A stretch of DNA of 59,995 nucleotides from Carcharhinus longimanus (Eukaryota): NCBI GenBank assembly GCA_030264375.1, contig JASCQW010000112.1:57196839-57256833 (forward strand), read 5' to 3'. A program made the position numbers and the translations under genes. The notes below the pieces were generated by a model. That model was given only the letters and a program-made list of their open reading frames with translations. It was not told where the DNA came from and did not search any database. This document shows, one piece after another, positions 15,213 to 28,400 of this stretch; position 1 is the stretch's first letter; each line of letters starts with the position of its first letter.

Positions 15213-16345
15213 TCTTGTATCCTATTTAGCCACTGGAGAGGCACCAGAGGATTGGAGAGTAGCTAATATTGTTCCTCTGCTGAAGAAGGGCAAAAGAGAC
15301 AATCCAGGAAATTACAGGCCTGGGAGCCTGTATTATTGGAGAAGATTCTTACAGGCAGGATGTACTCACATCTGGAAGAGAATAGACTTTAGCGATCGAC
15401 AGCATGGTTTTGCGAAGGGGAGGTTGTTTCTCACAAACTTGATTGAGTTCTTTGAGAAAGTGACAAAAAAAATTGACCAGAGCAGGGTAGTGGATGTTGT
15501 ATACATGAACTTTGGTAAAGCCTTCGATAAGCTTCCTCACGGCAGGCTAATACAGAAGGTGAAGTCATACAGGATCCAAAGTGATAGGATGGATACAAAA
15601 CTGGCTTGGACATAGAAAGAGAGAGTAGCAGTGGAAGGGTACTTTTTTAACTGGGGGTCTGTGACGAGTGGTGTTCCACAAGGATCAGTGAGTGCTGGGA
15701 CCTCCGTTTGTTATAATTTACAAAAATGATTTGAAGGAAAATGTAGGTAATCTGATTAGTGAATTTGCAGATGATACAAAAATTGGGGGAATAGCAGATA
15801 GTGAGGATTGTCAGAGGATGCAGCAGGATATAAATAAGCTGGAATTCTGGGCCAAAAGATGGCAGATGGAACTTAACCCAGGCAAATGTGAGATGATGCA
15901 ATTTGGAAGCTCTACTGCAGAAGGAAAGTATACAGTAAATGGTAGAGCCCTGAGAAATATTAGCATACAGGGGGATCTGGGCATGCAGATCCACAGTTCT
16001 CTGAAGGTGGCAACTCAGGTGGACAAGGTGGTCAAGAAGGTGAATGGCATGCTGTGTGGAGTTTGCACACTCTCTCTGTGTCTGCGTGGGTTTCCTTCGG
16101 GTGCTCCAGTTTCCTCCCACAGTCCAAAGATGTGCGGGTTAGGTGGATTGACCATGCTAAATTGTATCTTAGCGTTGGAGGACTAGTTAGGGTAAATGTA
16201 TGGGATTGGGGGGATTGATTGCAATTCGATGGGCCAAATGGCCTCCTTCTGCACTGTATGATTCTATGCTGGCCTTCATCAGTTGGGTCGTTGAGTATAG
16301 GAATTGGAAAATCATGTTTCAGCTGGTTTAGACTTTGGTTAGGCT

Positions 16346-16378
<33 letters not shown>

Positions 16379-16540
16379 ACCCTACTGGAAAGATGTTGAT
16401 GCATTGGAAAGAGTGCAGAAGAGATTTACCAGGACACTGGTTCATTTAGAGGATATGTACAATGAAGAAAAGTTGAATAAGCTTGGATTGTTTTCTTTGA
16501 AGCATCAAATGAGGGGGGAAATGAATGAGACCATATAGAA
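15213..16540 (+). mobile_element. CR1 LINE ORF2 (RT) fragment, frameshifted
   Basis: PEDWRVANIVPLLKKGKRDNPGNYRP, QHGF, DVVYMNFGKAFDKLPH, FADDTKIGG and VRLHLEYCVQFW across broken frames. Confidence 0.95.
16052..16268 (+). mobile_element. 5'-truncated HE1/V-SINE nested in the CR1 RT
   Basis: V-domain plus ctgcactgtatgattct tail, flanked by atgctg on both sides (putative TSD). The CR1 sequence resumes at gccttcatcag. Confidence 0.9.
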
Positions 16541-17124
16541 TTTCTTTAAACAGTTTTATTCAAATGCATGAGGGAGAGCAGTACTCAGAACTGTAATTCT
16601 AGCTTGTTCCCAAGCTACTTTGCTAATCAAATATTCTTACACATTCTTATATTTTTTGTGTTACAAAATGATACATTTCAATTTAGGTTATCATATTGTT
16701 ACTTTAAATTTGTTAAAGTCCTGTTTCAATCACATTTTCCATTGTCCGGTGTGCTTTATCTTTAACCGTTTTCTGAAAATATCCTGTCTACCTGTTTGCA
16801 ATATCAAAACACTGTAGTTATCAGCTGATTTCAATGGTGTGTTAATTATCCCCATTTCCATGATATTTGATTAGTTTTCCAGAAGCGCAATGGCTCCTGT
16901 AAATATTGTGAAATCTTGATAAGTGATATTTATTCTTTTATTATTGCTGTAACCTCGGAAATATCTCACCTGGGGTATGACTGTTCAGTGCCATCTGGAA
17001 CGTAGTTATTTGTAATTTGTCATATGTCTGCCTGCAGTGAATGTGGATACTACAGTTAAGCTGTCTGTTTAACCCTTTCCATTCTCTCCTCTCCTGCTGC
17101 AGCCCATGTTCCCTGGTTGCCCTA

Positions 17125-17500
17125 TTACTCTAGAAGGGGGACCTGATAGTGGTTTACAAGATTATGACAGGCTTGGATAGACTGGATATTCAGAGTCTTT
17201 TTCCCAGGGTCAAAGGGTCATTTACTTGGGGAGTGAGAGAGAGAAGTTTTAAAAGAGATGTAAGGGACAGTTGTTCACGTACAGGATGGTGAATGGCTGG
17301 AACATGCTGCTGGAGGAAGTGGTGGAATCAGATTCTGTAACAGTGTTTAAGAGGCATCTGGATAGATGTATGAATAGGTAGGGAATAGAGGGATATGGAG
17401 TGCATAGAGGGAAGAGAATATTAGGTTAAAGAGACATCTGTGTCGGCAGACTTGGTGTGTCGAAGGGCTTGTTCCTGTGCTGTACTATCCTTTGTTCTGG
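17125..17500 (+). mobile_element. CR1 LINE 3' end
   Basis: ggggacctgatagtggtttacaagattatg ... gaagggcttgttcctgtgctgtact. Confidence 0.85.
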
Positions 17501-18194
17501 TCTCCCATATTCAACTCTCTCCTGCACACAGGGGGGAGTTTAATTTAAACAGTCCTGATTTCTCCTCTCAGTTCCCTCCATAAACAGAAAGATGTTTTGA
17601 TTTTCCCCTTTATAAGTGGTGGTGGAGTTTCCCCAACCCTTCAATTTTGGTTCCAATTTATATTAATAGCCCCACAACAAACTCGAGATGGGTGAACTCA
17701 GGGGGTTAGTTTATTCGCACACACTTAATGTGTGTGGGGGGGGTGTCTGACATGTAGCCATCTTTGCATTCATACAATAAAAGGATAGAGAAAGAAAAGT
17801 TTACAGGGAAAGACCCCAGTGAAAAGATTTATGGTTTCACACGCATCTGGTGCCCAGAATCAAATGTCTTATGGTATATTCCTTCACAGAGGTTAGCAGG
17901 CTGAACTGATGCTGGATAATTTACTCTTGAAGTAAAGTTGGCGTAAACAATGAGATAGGCACATAGGGATGCAGTTGTCTTGTAGGTGATGGCCCAGAAG
18001 TTCCAGTCGCAATAGTGTAGATTGGGCAGGTGCTCAAACCGGACATGGGCTCTTGTCAGAGTTGCTGCTTGGTAGGTGGAAGATGGCAGATGAATTTTCA
18101 ATACAGCAAGACAGTATAGTTTGTTCTGCCATTGTGGGGGTCATGCTACCTGATTCACCTCTTTCCACTTTGGTTTTGACAGACCCTGTCTGTA

Positions 18195-18420
18195 TAAAGG
18201 TAAAGATAAAGTCACCATGGTACCAGATGATCATAGGCTGCCCTCCCCTTTGAGGGGGAGGACTGACTGATGGTGATTTAACCTGAGGATCACTCATCTC
18301 AGGCAAGGGGCAAGATTGAGAAGGCAGGGCCTTCATGGATAACCTCAGCTGGCACGGTAATTGAATCCATGCTGTTGGCATCACTCTGCATCGTAAACCA
18401 GCTGTCCACCCAACTGAGCT
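18195..18420 (-). mobile_element. tRNA-derived SINE
   Basis: Minus strand begins agctcagttgggtggacagctgg...ggattcaattacc (A/B-box-like) and ends in a (ctttac/ctttat) tail. Confidence 0.6.
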
Positions 18421-18439
18421 GGTATATAATTCCTTTACC

Positions 18440-18622
18440 AAAAGCAGGAAATGCTGGAAAATCTCAGCAGGTCTGACAGCATCTGTGCAGAGAGAACGGA
18501 GCTAATATTTCAAATCTGGATGACTCTTCACCAAGTCAAGTTGCTGTCAAACCTCCTGAGATTTTGCAACATTTTCTGTTTTTGTTTCAGATTCCAGCAT
18601 CTGCAGTCATTTGCTTTTATGT
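18440..18622. mobile_element. Penelope-derived fold-back (inverted terminal) element
   Basis: aaatgctggaaaatctcagcaggtctgacagc paired with its reverse complement gctgtcaaacctcctgagattttgcaacattttc. Same sequence as the end of the Penelope at 52700-53395. Confidence 0.75.
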
Positions 18623-19004
18623 TAGAGTATATTCCTTTGTCTGGGTTCCTGAAATTATTAATGTTTGAACCACTGAGAATCTAGAAGGAAGGTCACAGGT
18701 CTATTTATCCAGGCAAACCAGTAGACTCTCAGTGGCCAGGCCTGGCTTATGACATGTGGATGGCCTTTGTATAATTACCTTTGAATTTGGTCTCTGGTCT
18801 ACAGTGTCCATGAGAATTCCTTCAGAGATTGTGAGGCACACATTTCTTCTATACCGTTGGATTAGCTCCTATTGTCTGAAGGTCACAGCCTTCAGTAATT
18901 TTTAAAAGATCATTGTCCGGTTTTAAAATTTAAGGGAGTAATCATGATATAAAAATGTAGTGTGAGGTCTTAACTTTGTTACATATCTATAAATTTGAGA
19001 TTAT

Positions 19005-19435
19005 GCTAAACTCTGCTGCTCCCATTCTTACTCACACCAAGTCTCCATTTACCCACCATCCCTTTGCTCACTGACCTATCGATCCCCAGTTACGCGTTTC
19101 TCTAATTTAAAAATTCTCTATATTGTTTTTAAGCCCTCCATGGCCTCAGCCATTTCTACCCTCCAAGATATCTGTATCCCTTTAACTGTGGCCTCTTGAG
19201 CATCCCTAATTTTAGTTTCTTCCCCACTGGTAGCAATGCCATAAGCTGCCTGGGCCCCAAGTTCTGGAATACTTTCCCTAAACTCCACACCTCTTTTCCC
19301 TCATTTACAATGCTTTCTGACCCCTTGCTCTTTGATCACCTGCCCTGATATCTCCTTATGTGACTCAAAGTTAAATTCCATCTGACAATGCCCCGATGAG
19401 GACCTTGGGATGTTTTACTGTGATAAGGTTGTTGT
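19005..19435 (+). mobile_element. L2 LINE 3' end
   Basis: aaactctgctgctcccattcttactcacaccaagtc ... gaccttgggatgttttact. Confidence 0.7.
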
Positions 19436-20554
19436 TACAATGCAATTCAGATTTCAAATAATCAGAAATATACAAGACCATGTGTGAGACCCATCCCACA
19501 GAAGGGACTGGAAAAGAAAAGTGGAGAACAGTTTATTCAGCCTGGCTTCCTACTGGTTGGTTACAATTAAACATTGGCAAAAGCTCAGGAACAGATTACT
19601 GCCTCCACCTGCTTAGCCAGATATGGAGTATGGCATGGGAATCTGAAGCAAAATGGGATCTGCAAACACCTCTCAAAATGAAATTGATCAGAGAGATGGA
19701 ATTTTTTTGCTGCTTTAAAATCTATATCAATATTTTGAAGTGATTTGTTTCCCAACTTCATCTCACCAGTTTTTAAACTTTTCTGCACATGTGCAACACA
19801 TGGATTCCTTGTTCTAAACGCTGAAATACAGTGTTGGTCACTGAATGGAAAATGCATAAAACCTGTTGATACCCTTTAGTAATATCTGCTTTGCCAGAAA
19901 TAGTTCATTTTTCAATTCAAGAGGAACAGCAGAAATGACCACTAAATGTGCCCAATGCTGAACAGACCCAGTTCTCTAAGGACTCTTAGATGCCCATGGA
20001 TCCCAGTTTGAAAACATATGTTTGGAGAGCAGGCAGCATTCACCACTGTGAAACTCAAGAGGTTAGCCAGGTAAACCCTTCCAAATTTTGGCAGCTGTTC
20101 AGGTTTCTATGTTTTAATTTTTACAAATTCACGTCCTTCCTTGTTTGTCCTGCATTTCCCCCCTGTTGGTCTAACTGAGATTAAGTTACTGAGTTTCAGG
20201 TGTGACTTCGACTGCAACTTGGCATTTGAACAATTTGTATTTATAAAGGACCTTCAATATAGCATAACGTCCATCACTACTTAAAAACAAGAACTGCCAG
20301 TACTCTGTTATTTAAAAAAGGTTGGATGTGTTAGCAATTGTTCTTAGTCTTGTCCCTGAAGTTCATCAGCACCAGATGTTTTAATTGTCTGCTCACATGC
20401 TAATTGTTCCCTGGTTCCTTCCAACAGCACTTAATCATCAAACTAGAGGACAGAAGCTCACTTCTTCCCACTCCAGTCTAGTCTCTGCATAGCTGTTCCC
20501 TAGTCAATAAAGCTAAGACCTGAATCTATTAATTAGGTATCAGCCAGGATTCAG

Positions 20555-20661
20555 AGACTCCGACAAATATCATTCTGACTCGAAACATTGGCACTGTTCC
20601 CTTTCCACAGATGTTGTCAGACTTGCTGAGATTTTCCAGCACTTTCTGTTTTTGTTTCAGA
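20555..20661 (+). mobile_element. Penelope terminal fragment
   Basis: gactcgaaacattggc...ccacagatgttgtcagacttgctgagattttccagc. Confidence 0.7.
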
Positions 20662-21070
20662 GGCACACTCTCGCCTTTGAGGCAGATAGTCGAGGCTCCA
20701 AACCCCACTTCAGAGCCTTAAGCATATTAATCTAGACTGAGACTATAGTGCTGAGGGCGTGCTGCACTGTAGATGCACTGTCTTTCTAATGAGCCATTAA
20801 CCAATATTCTGTCTGCCTTCTCAGATATAGGTAAAATGATCCATGACACTATTTTGAAGAAGAATGGGACAATTCTCCTTGGTAATCCTGACCAATATTT
20901 ATCCCACAGCCAACATTGCTAAAACAGATTCTCTGGTCATGATCACATTGTTGTTTGTGGGATCTTGCTGTGCACAAATTAGTGACAGCCAATACAACAG
21001 TGATTGCCCTTCAGAAAGTATTTCATCGGCTGTCCAGCAATTTGGGGCATCAACTTGCCATGTAAAAAAT
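20662..21070 (+). mobile_element. Deu-domain SINE (SacSINE1/AmnSINE1 superfamily)
   Basis: Deu-domain-like cctgaccaatatttatcccacagccaacattgctaaaacagattctctggtcatgatcacattgttgtttgtgggatcttgctgtgcacaaatt. A partial related head lies at about 37200-37335. Confidence 0.75.
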
Positions 21071-21074
21071 GTTA

Positions 21075-22110
21075 TCTCAGGTCACCGCTGGTTCTTTTGC
21101 CAATTATCTTAAATTTGTATTATCTGTTTACTGGCCTTTCCACAAGTGAAACAATTTGTCTTGATTTATTCGATCAAAATCACCTCTACTAAACCTCCCC
21201 TTACCCTTTTCTACTCTAAGGACAATAGTCCCAGCTTCTCCAATATTTCCACATAACTGAACTTCCATTTTAAGTCTTCCCTGCAATCCCTTCTTAGCCT
21301 TGACATTCATCCCAAAGTGTGGTACCCAGTCTGAATATAATATTCCAGCTGAGGGTTAAATTCTGTTATATTTACAAGTTCCTTGCTTTCGTATTTTGTA
21401 TAGTTTTTAAAAGCTTCCTGAGCTTGCCTTGCTGTATGTAAAGATTTGTGTACACATATCCCCACATCTCCATGCTCCCTTTAAAATGGTATCACGTAGT
21501 ACATATGTTGTATTCTTACCAAAATGTATCACTTCACAGTTGTCTAAATTTGATCTGCAGCGTGTCTGCTCATTTAACCAGTCCGTGTTCTTCTGAAGTC
21601 TCTTACTATTTTCCTCGTTGCTTATACATTGCCATGTTTTATGTTATTATTGAAACTATGCTCTGTGTATCCAAGACTCACTTATTGTTATACACTAAAA
21701 AGAACAGTGGCTCGAATCCTACTCCCTGAGGAACAGCGCCGTGTACTTCTCTCTCGTCTGAGAAAACAACATTCACTGCTAATGTCTACTTTCTATCTCT
21801 TGGCCAATTTTGTATTGAGGCTGCCATTACCACTTTGATCCCATGAGTTTTAAGTCTGCTGACAAGTCTATTATTATGGCACTTTGTGAAATGACTTTTG
21901 AAAATCCATGTAACAACATCATGCCCTTCATCAGCCCTTCTGTTGTTACTCCACCAAGGAACTCAAATCAAGTTAGTCAAACACAATTTGCCTTGAGTAA
22001 ATGCCTGCTGACTTTCACTTATTAACCCCTACTTTTCCAAATGCAGATTAATTTTGTTCCAGATTATTGGCTAGGCTGACTGGTCATTGGTAAGTTACTG
22101 GGTTTATCTA
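21075..22110 (-). mobile_element. Old CR1 LINE fragment
   Basis: Reverse-complement CR1 RT motifs (ttttgaaaatccat, aactcaaatcaagttagtcaaacacaatttgcc, actaggctgactggtc-like). Confidence 0.7.
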
Positions 22111-22469
22111 CCTTCACTTTTTAAATATTTTGCAATATGTTGTGTGCATTTAATTCCATATGGGCTGAAAATAACTTAACAGTAACATCTTAATATAATT
22201 GAATCCTTAGGGGGTTATTTGTGGGAAAGTATGTAAATAGGCATTTGGTGGCTGGTGTGCTAGTAAAATGTATATATTTAAAAGTCTGGATTCAGCCTCC
22301 AATCTGGGGGTAAGCATTCTCCAAGGTGGCCTTCACACGNNNNNNNNNNNNNNNNNNNNNNNNNNNNNNNNNNNNNNNNNNNNNNNNNNNNNNNNNNNNN
22401 NNNNNNNNNNNNNNNNNNNNNNNNNNNNNNNNNNNNNNNNNNNNNNNNNNNNNNNNNNNNNNNNNNNNC

Positions 22470-22712
22470 AATGGCAGCTACCAAAATGGTTCAGGGGCAG
22501 AAGCAGAGAACTCACGGGTATTCAGAGGCAGCAGTGAAGGTCCTGGAGAAGGGAGGAATGTCCTGTACTCAGGTGGGAAGGAAGCCACAGAAGCAATTAA
22601 TGTTGCAGGGTGGGGGGAAATTACTGGAGGTCATAACCAGGAATCCTAGTCCTTAAGATATGGCTCTAGTAGCATCAAAAATAATTAGTGATTTGACACG
22701 AGTGGTTAAGGT
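22470..22712 (+). mobile_element. PIF/Harbinger Myb/SANT-like ORF remnant
   Basis: Broken frames read GYSEAAVKVL..R.VLYS.G.K....W.E......K..SDLTRVVK, matching the Harbinger Myb/SANT-like pattern (FS.AAL.VL...W..IA...C.KKFNDLTR). Confidence 0.6.
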
Positions 22713-23054
22713 AGGATGCATTCTCGCAACTGCATTGCACCATCACCAATATCACAACTTTTGACATGTTGCATCCATCATCTGTCTCCACATTAACATT
22801 CACACACTTCAAACTAGTGTGTCTGTCACAGGCAGGATTCACACTGCAGACACATCTCACAGTTCTTCAAACAAATCAAACACACATAAACTGCCAGACA
22901 TAATTGCTCACAATCACTACTCTTTCTCTTCCAAGACAGGATAAACACACATGATAGGCATCAACAGGATGTGACCTGGATGGGTTTGTAGGGGGTGTGG
23001 GGAAGAGTGGGGGGGGGATACACAGAGGATAATGATATGTAACTTTTATGTGGC

Positions 23055-23300
23055 AGATGGAAGGTTTCAGTAGCATAAAAATAAAATGCTGCAGTGAACT
23101 TGAGCGTCAGGCATGTAGTTGGCTGTACTGTGCAGCTTGAATCATTCTACAAGATCACAAATCTCGGTAATGATCTCCTTGTTAAAGCACATTCTCCTCA
23201 ACACCAGTCTTGGTTCATCTGAATGGAGGAGCTTCCCCCCAATCCCCCACCCCCTGACTTCCTGCTTGGCCTCCTGTTCCTCTCTCCTGCAGCAGCTGCT
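23055..23300 (-). mobile_element. PIF/Harbinger transposase N-terminal remnant
   Basis: Minus strand reads LRRMCFNKEIITEICDLV...LKFTAAF.FYAT, matching HARBI1-like RRLRF.KE.V..IC.L...KVTAALNF.ATGSFQ. Confidence 0.65.
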
Positions 23301-24110
23301 GATGTTCTGCTTCACCTCACGTCCTCCTCCCTCTTCCCCTCCAGACCTAACAAAGTGCCAATGACCAAGATCTACCCCTCCCTCCCCCTCAACCCCAACT
23401 TACTCTTGTTAACTCTTGTTATCTCCTGAAAGGTGTCCAATAAGGTGGAATAGGACAGCGTTTACACTTCAGAGGTGAAGTCTTCAGAACATTTCCAGGA
23501 TAAATGTTGATATTACTGGTGAAATCTCCCAGAAAGTCTCCTAATGGATTCAAATGTTCTCTTTAGCTGCAGTGTAGTTGGTTGATCTCCAAATAACAAG
23601 TGAACAGCAAAAGCTGAATATGGTTTTAAACACAATCCCTAACAATGAAGTCTTTACTCTTATTTGGGTGGTTGTTATTAGGACAGGGAGAAATCATTAA
23701 TTGTAATTGTGTAGTGTGTTACAGATCACTCAGAGTCCGAGTTGCTGGGTGATGTATACTTTTACGTGTGCGTGTAGACTGGAGTTATTGATAGTGTTTC
23801 TAAAGGATCCAACTTTCCTTCCATCACATGGCTGATCAGGTATCGTTGCTATTCTTGCTGCCTGCCATTGGCGTGTGTTAAAAGGATTTGTAGGTTGATA
23901 ATCACAAGCTCTTTGGTCAATTATGAATGTAGCTTCCTTAGCCATCAAGTCCTGAGGCGAGTCTCAGATCTGGAGCTTTGGATTCAGAGGTGCTGTCCCC
24001 TGCATTAGAAAACTTCCTGATGAATTGTGCATTAGGCAGCAAAATGAGCATCAGAGGCTGCTTTCATTGATTACTCAGAGGCTTAAACATCCTCCTGTGG
24101 CCAGTTCTAA

Positions 24111-24268
24111 GGCGGCACGGTGGCACAGTGGGTTAACATTGCTGCCTCACAACACCAGGGCCCAATTCTTGGCTTGGGTCACTGTCTGTGCAGACTCTGC
24201 ACCTTCTCCCTGTGTCTACATGCAGACTTGAAAGACTTGCTGGTTAGGTGCATTGGTCATACTAATTT
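24111..24268 (+). mobile_element. V-SINE 5' part
   Basis: ggcggcacggtggcacagtgggttaacattgctgcctcac tRNA-like head. Confidence 0.85.
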
Positions 24269-24697
24269 CTGAATAGTGAATAGTGATTACTACCCTTTCC
24301 TTTATCCCTTGCCTTCTTATTAGTGTTTGACATTTGGAAGGCCTGGGTATGGCACCACGTGCTGTCGATGATTCAATTGTCAGTGAATAGAATGTGCTTC
24401 TTAAAGTTCCAGTCTTATTCCTTTTCTGGCTCTCACCCCTTCTGTTCCAAGACCAAGCTTGATGAACACAGTGAAACTTTATCATTAAGGACAGTTAGAC
24501 TTTGTAAATCTCTCACTGACACAGGCTGGTTGGAATATGATGTTCCTTTCTAGCCCTGTACATTCCTACTCAAAGACTCGGGTATCTCAGTCTCAATTAT
24601 CTACCAATGTTTGTTGCAAATGAATATGTCGCAAAAGGGATAATCTATAGAGAAGATGATGCTATTTGTTATGTATAAATAAATGATCCTCAGTGAA

Positions 24698-25465
24698 GGT
24701 ATACTTGCACATGGTTTTGTGAAGGGGTGGTCATGTCTCACGAACTTGATTGAGTTTTTCGAGGAAGTGACAAAGATGATTGATAGGGTAGGGCTGTGGA
24801 TATTGTCTACATGGAGTTCAATAAGGCCTTTGACAAGGTACCTCATGATAGACTGGTATAGAAGGTGAAGTCACATGGGATCAGAGGTGAGCTGGCAAGG
24901 TGGATACAAAACTGGCTTGGTCAAAGAAGACAGAGGGTAGCACTGGAAGGGTGCGTATCTGAATGGAGGGCTGCGACAAGTAGTGTTCCTCTGGGATCAG
25001 GGCTGGGACTTTTGCTGTTTGTAATATATATAAATGATATTGAGGAAAATGTAACTGGATTGATTACTAAATTTGCGGACGACACAAAGGTTAGTGGATT
25101 TGTGGATAGTAATGAGGACCATCAGAGGATACAGCAGGACATAGATCAGTTGGAGACTTGGGCGGAGAGATGGCAGCTGGAGTTTAATCTGGACAAATGT
25201 GAGATAATGCATTTTGGAAGGTCTAATACAGATAGGAAATATACAGTAAATGGCNNNNNNNNNNNNNNNNNNNNNNNNNNNNNNNNNNNNNNNNNNNNNN
25301 NNNNNNNNNNNNNNNNNNNNNNNNNNNNNNNNNNNNNNNNNNNNNNNNNNNNNNAACCCTTAAGAGTATTGATAGGCAAAGGGATCTGGGTGTACAGGTA
25401 CACAGGTCACTGAAAGTGGCAATGCAGGTGGGAAAGGTAGTCAAGAAAGCATATGGCATTCTTGG
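24698..25465 (+). mobile_element. CR1 LINE RT fragment
   Basis: HGFVKGWSCLTNLIEFFEEVT, WIQNWL, LLFVIYINDI, KFADDTKV, WQLEFNLDKC. Confidence 0.95.
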
Positions 25466-28400
25466 CTGAGCACCTCATTTGGAGATTGTAGTAGCAAGCC
25501 CCTTTAAATGAGGGGATGGGGGGGTGAGGTTTCAGATGGTCATCTGACCTGTTTGGCCAATCGGGCAAAACATATGAATCCTGGGCGTGGGCTCTCCCAG
25601 TGTGGAGACTGGAGTCGAAGTAATCGGGAGGATCTTTCTCACTCTCTGTGTAGAGTTATTTCTGTTAATGAATAGTTATTTAGTTACTCCGCTTGGAGGT
25701 CGCCACTCTTTCCAAGATATTATGGACAAGCAACAAGATTCCAGTGTGTTCAGCTTTTACTGAACATTCATGAGCTGCAGAGAGGGTTCCTGGAATTTTA
25801 AACGCCATGGAAGTTGGAAGAGCAAAATTCCAAACTAATTTCCCAACAGTGGGAAACTGATTTTTGGCTTCCTGCCAAATCTTGCACCCCTACTCACCAC
25901 GGTTCCTGCTGTTAGTGGGAGAAGAAAATTCCACCTGTGGTATTGAAAAGATCCCAAGACACTTCCTGAGGAGCACTACTAAATAAAATAGAACATTGCC
26001 ACCAAGGGTGGAGCAATGAACTCGAGTTTGCCCAAGAGGTCAGGATTAGCACAGGCATCTCGGAGGCTGTGGGGCTGGAAGGGATTGTGCAAATATGGAG
26101 GGATATGAAAACAGGTGAAGTGGGGAGAGGCGGAGGGGAATTGGTGTGGGTTGGTGCATGAACATCAGAACAACAAGAATGTGCTGTTTGAAGTTAGCTC
26201 AAACTTTAGAATATTCAAATCAGAGAATGACAAGGACCTTAGTATTGAAATAATGAGAACAATCTCTCCACTCTCCTTTTCTCCTAGAGATCCCAAACCG
26301 TGAACATCTTAATGTGATCCCTAGACTCCACACTGTCAGCTTCTCTCATCTATTCATCCTTAAGTTTGCTGGAAGGGACAAAGATGAAAGTAATTTCAGC
26401 ATCCGTCATTCTCCAGGAATCCTATTCTGAAGTGCACGGTGTGGGCAGGACTGGAGACAGCTGGGTTGGGTCTTCCACTCATTCTCAAATAGTCCATTTG
26501 CATTGAGCCTGACCATTTGGTATGAACCCAGAGAACTCTTGAGCCTTGCCTTGCTGTTGCTGGTTGGGCTGGCCTGCCCTGCAGAAACCCACTGTACAGG
26601 ATCTTCTGCCTCTCTCTTTCCTCGCCTTGTTACCTCCCATTCCTTCACACACATGCTTCAATGTTTGGACCAATCTGTTTTCCTACTGTAAGGGGACTCG
26701 ACAATCAGAGTTTGATATCACTCCACATAGGCTGAACACATACAAATCAGCAGGCAATCAGCAATTGCAGAGCTATCAGGCTCTGACTAGTGCCCATAGA
26801 TACTAGCCTGCATGGGACCCCCCCTCCTCCCATTGGATGGGGCCCTGTGCCTAGGCATAATGACCACAATTTTACTGGCTCACCCTACCCATCAATGGGC
26901 AGCGTGAGCCGGTAAAATCACACAAGAGCCGAGAAATCAGCATCGTTTCTCAGCTCTTGCAATCTTACCCGCTCACTGGATTCCAGCATGGTTGCCCTCT
27001 TGCCCACTTCTGGTAAGAGGTTGAATAATTTATTTAAATACTCATTAACATGGCCTTAACAAACCCGAGTGCAATCGTCCAGGCTCACTTGCCTTAGTGA
27101 GGTCCCCGCCGGGAGAGTCGGAAAGGAAAACGCTTGCTCCCCATGAATGGGGAACGGTTGTGTTGGCCTCACCAGTAAATCAGAGGCCATTGAGGCTCCC
27201 CGGGGAGGTCAAGGGCAAGGGGGGATGGGGCGTGCCCCTTGCACAATGCCAGGTATTATCTCTGCTTCTAGCATATTATATAATCCAGCTCTGTGGGTGG
27301 TGGTGGGGGGCCATTAACTGATTGGAATAGGAATTCTTCTGTGATCAATTATGTGTAACTGGTCTTGATCAATTTCTCTGTTTTGCTACTTGCTCATTTT
27401 CACAAACATGTTGCCTCATATCATTTTCACTTTTTTTAATTGCACACAGCAATGTACTTGCTTTCATCATTTTATTTGCTGTGGCGGATGAACCTTTAGA
27501 TATGAGTATTTTTAAGTTATCTGTAGCTCCTAGTTGCCATGGGATCTCTTTCAAATGGATGGTGTTTTTTATACATCTCCAACCCCTTGTCCTACGCCCA
27601 GTGTTATGGTTCTCATGGGATTTCGAATTGATTATACCAAATTTCAGGTTGCTGATTGGAGATTTCAACTTTCAATTAACACTCAAACCTAATTTCTCTT
27701 CAAACATTGACCTTCAGGAGACACCATATTCAAATCCTTGATAAAATTTGATTGTTTCATTTTAAATACACGCAGTGTACAGATGTCCATCAAGCTGCAA
27801 TAATAATAAGCAGGAAGTGCTCATTTACAGGAGAGCAATGTCACATTAAAAATTGGGATTTCAAGGTCCTGGGGAAATGTGGTTCCATTATGAACCCAAC
27901 ATATTAATAATTCTGAAGGCTGTTTGGCAGCACCTATGTAGATAGTCAAAGAGGTTCACCTTTCCCTCATATTTTAAGAAAATGTTGTTCTTAGGATGCT
28001 GATGACTCAAGTGAGATAGCAAGTATTGGTCCTTACTTTTAGTTACCCTGAGAATCAGGTGGTGGGCATTCAGTTTAGAGGTATATGACCACTGTTTTGA
28101 TAATGAATGTTCTTCCAGGCTATTAGATCTTATTCTGTTTCTCCTGGTACAAATTGCTGGAGCCATTTTAAAGAACTGAACTGTGTTGTTAGCAAGATCC
28201 TCCAGAATGGAAAACACTTTGTTTATAAATCAGCCGTGTGCGCTGTCACAAGAGAATTATTAGCCTAGATAATGACTGCAATCCATTGATGTTACATAAT
28301 CTGAAACTTTAGCAGTTCATCATTCCTGCCACGTCATTGTTTAAATAAATTATTTTGTTCTGGCGGGTTTTCAGCCAGGATGCCAAGTTATATTTTGGTT

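Noticed and set aside
25255-25354. 100-N gap inside the CR1 RT
   Set aside because: The CR1 sequence is almost contiguous across it (aatggc|aaccctt), so it is probably a placeholder gap with little or no hidden sequence.
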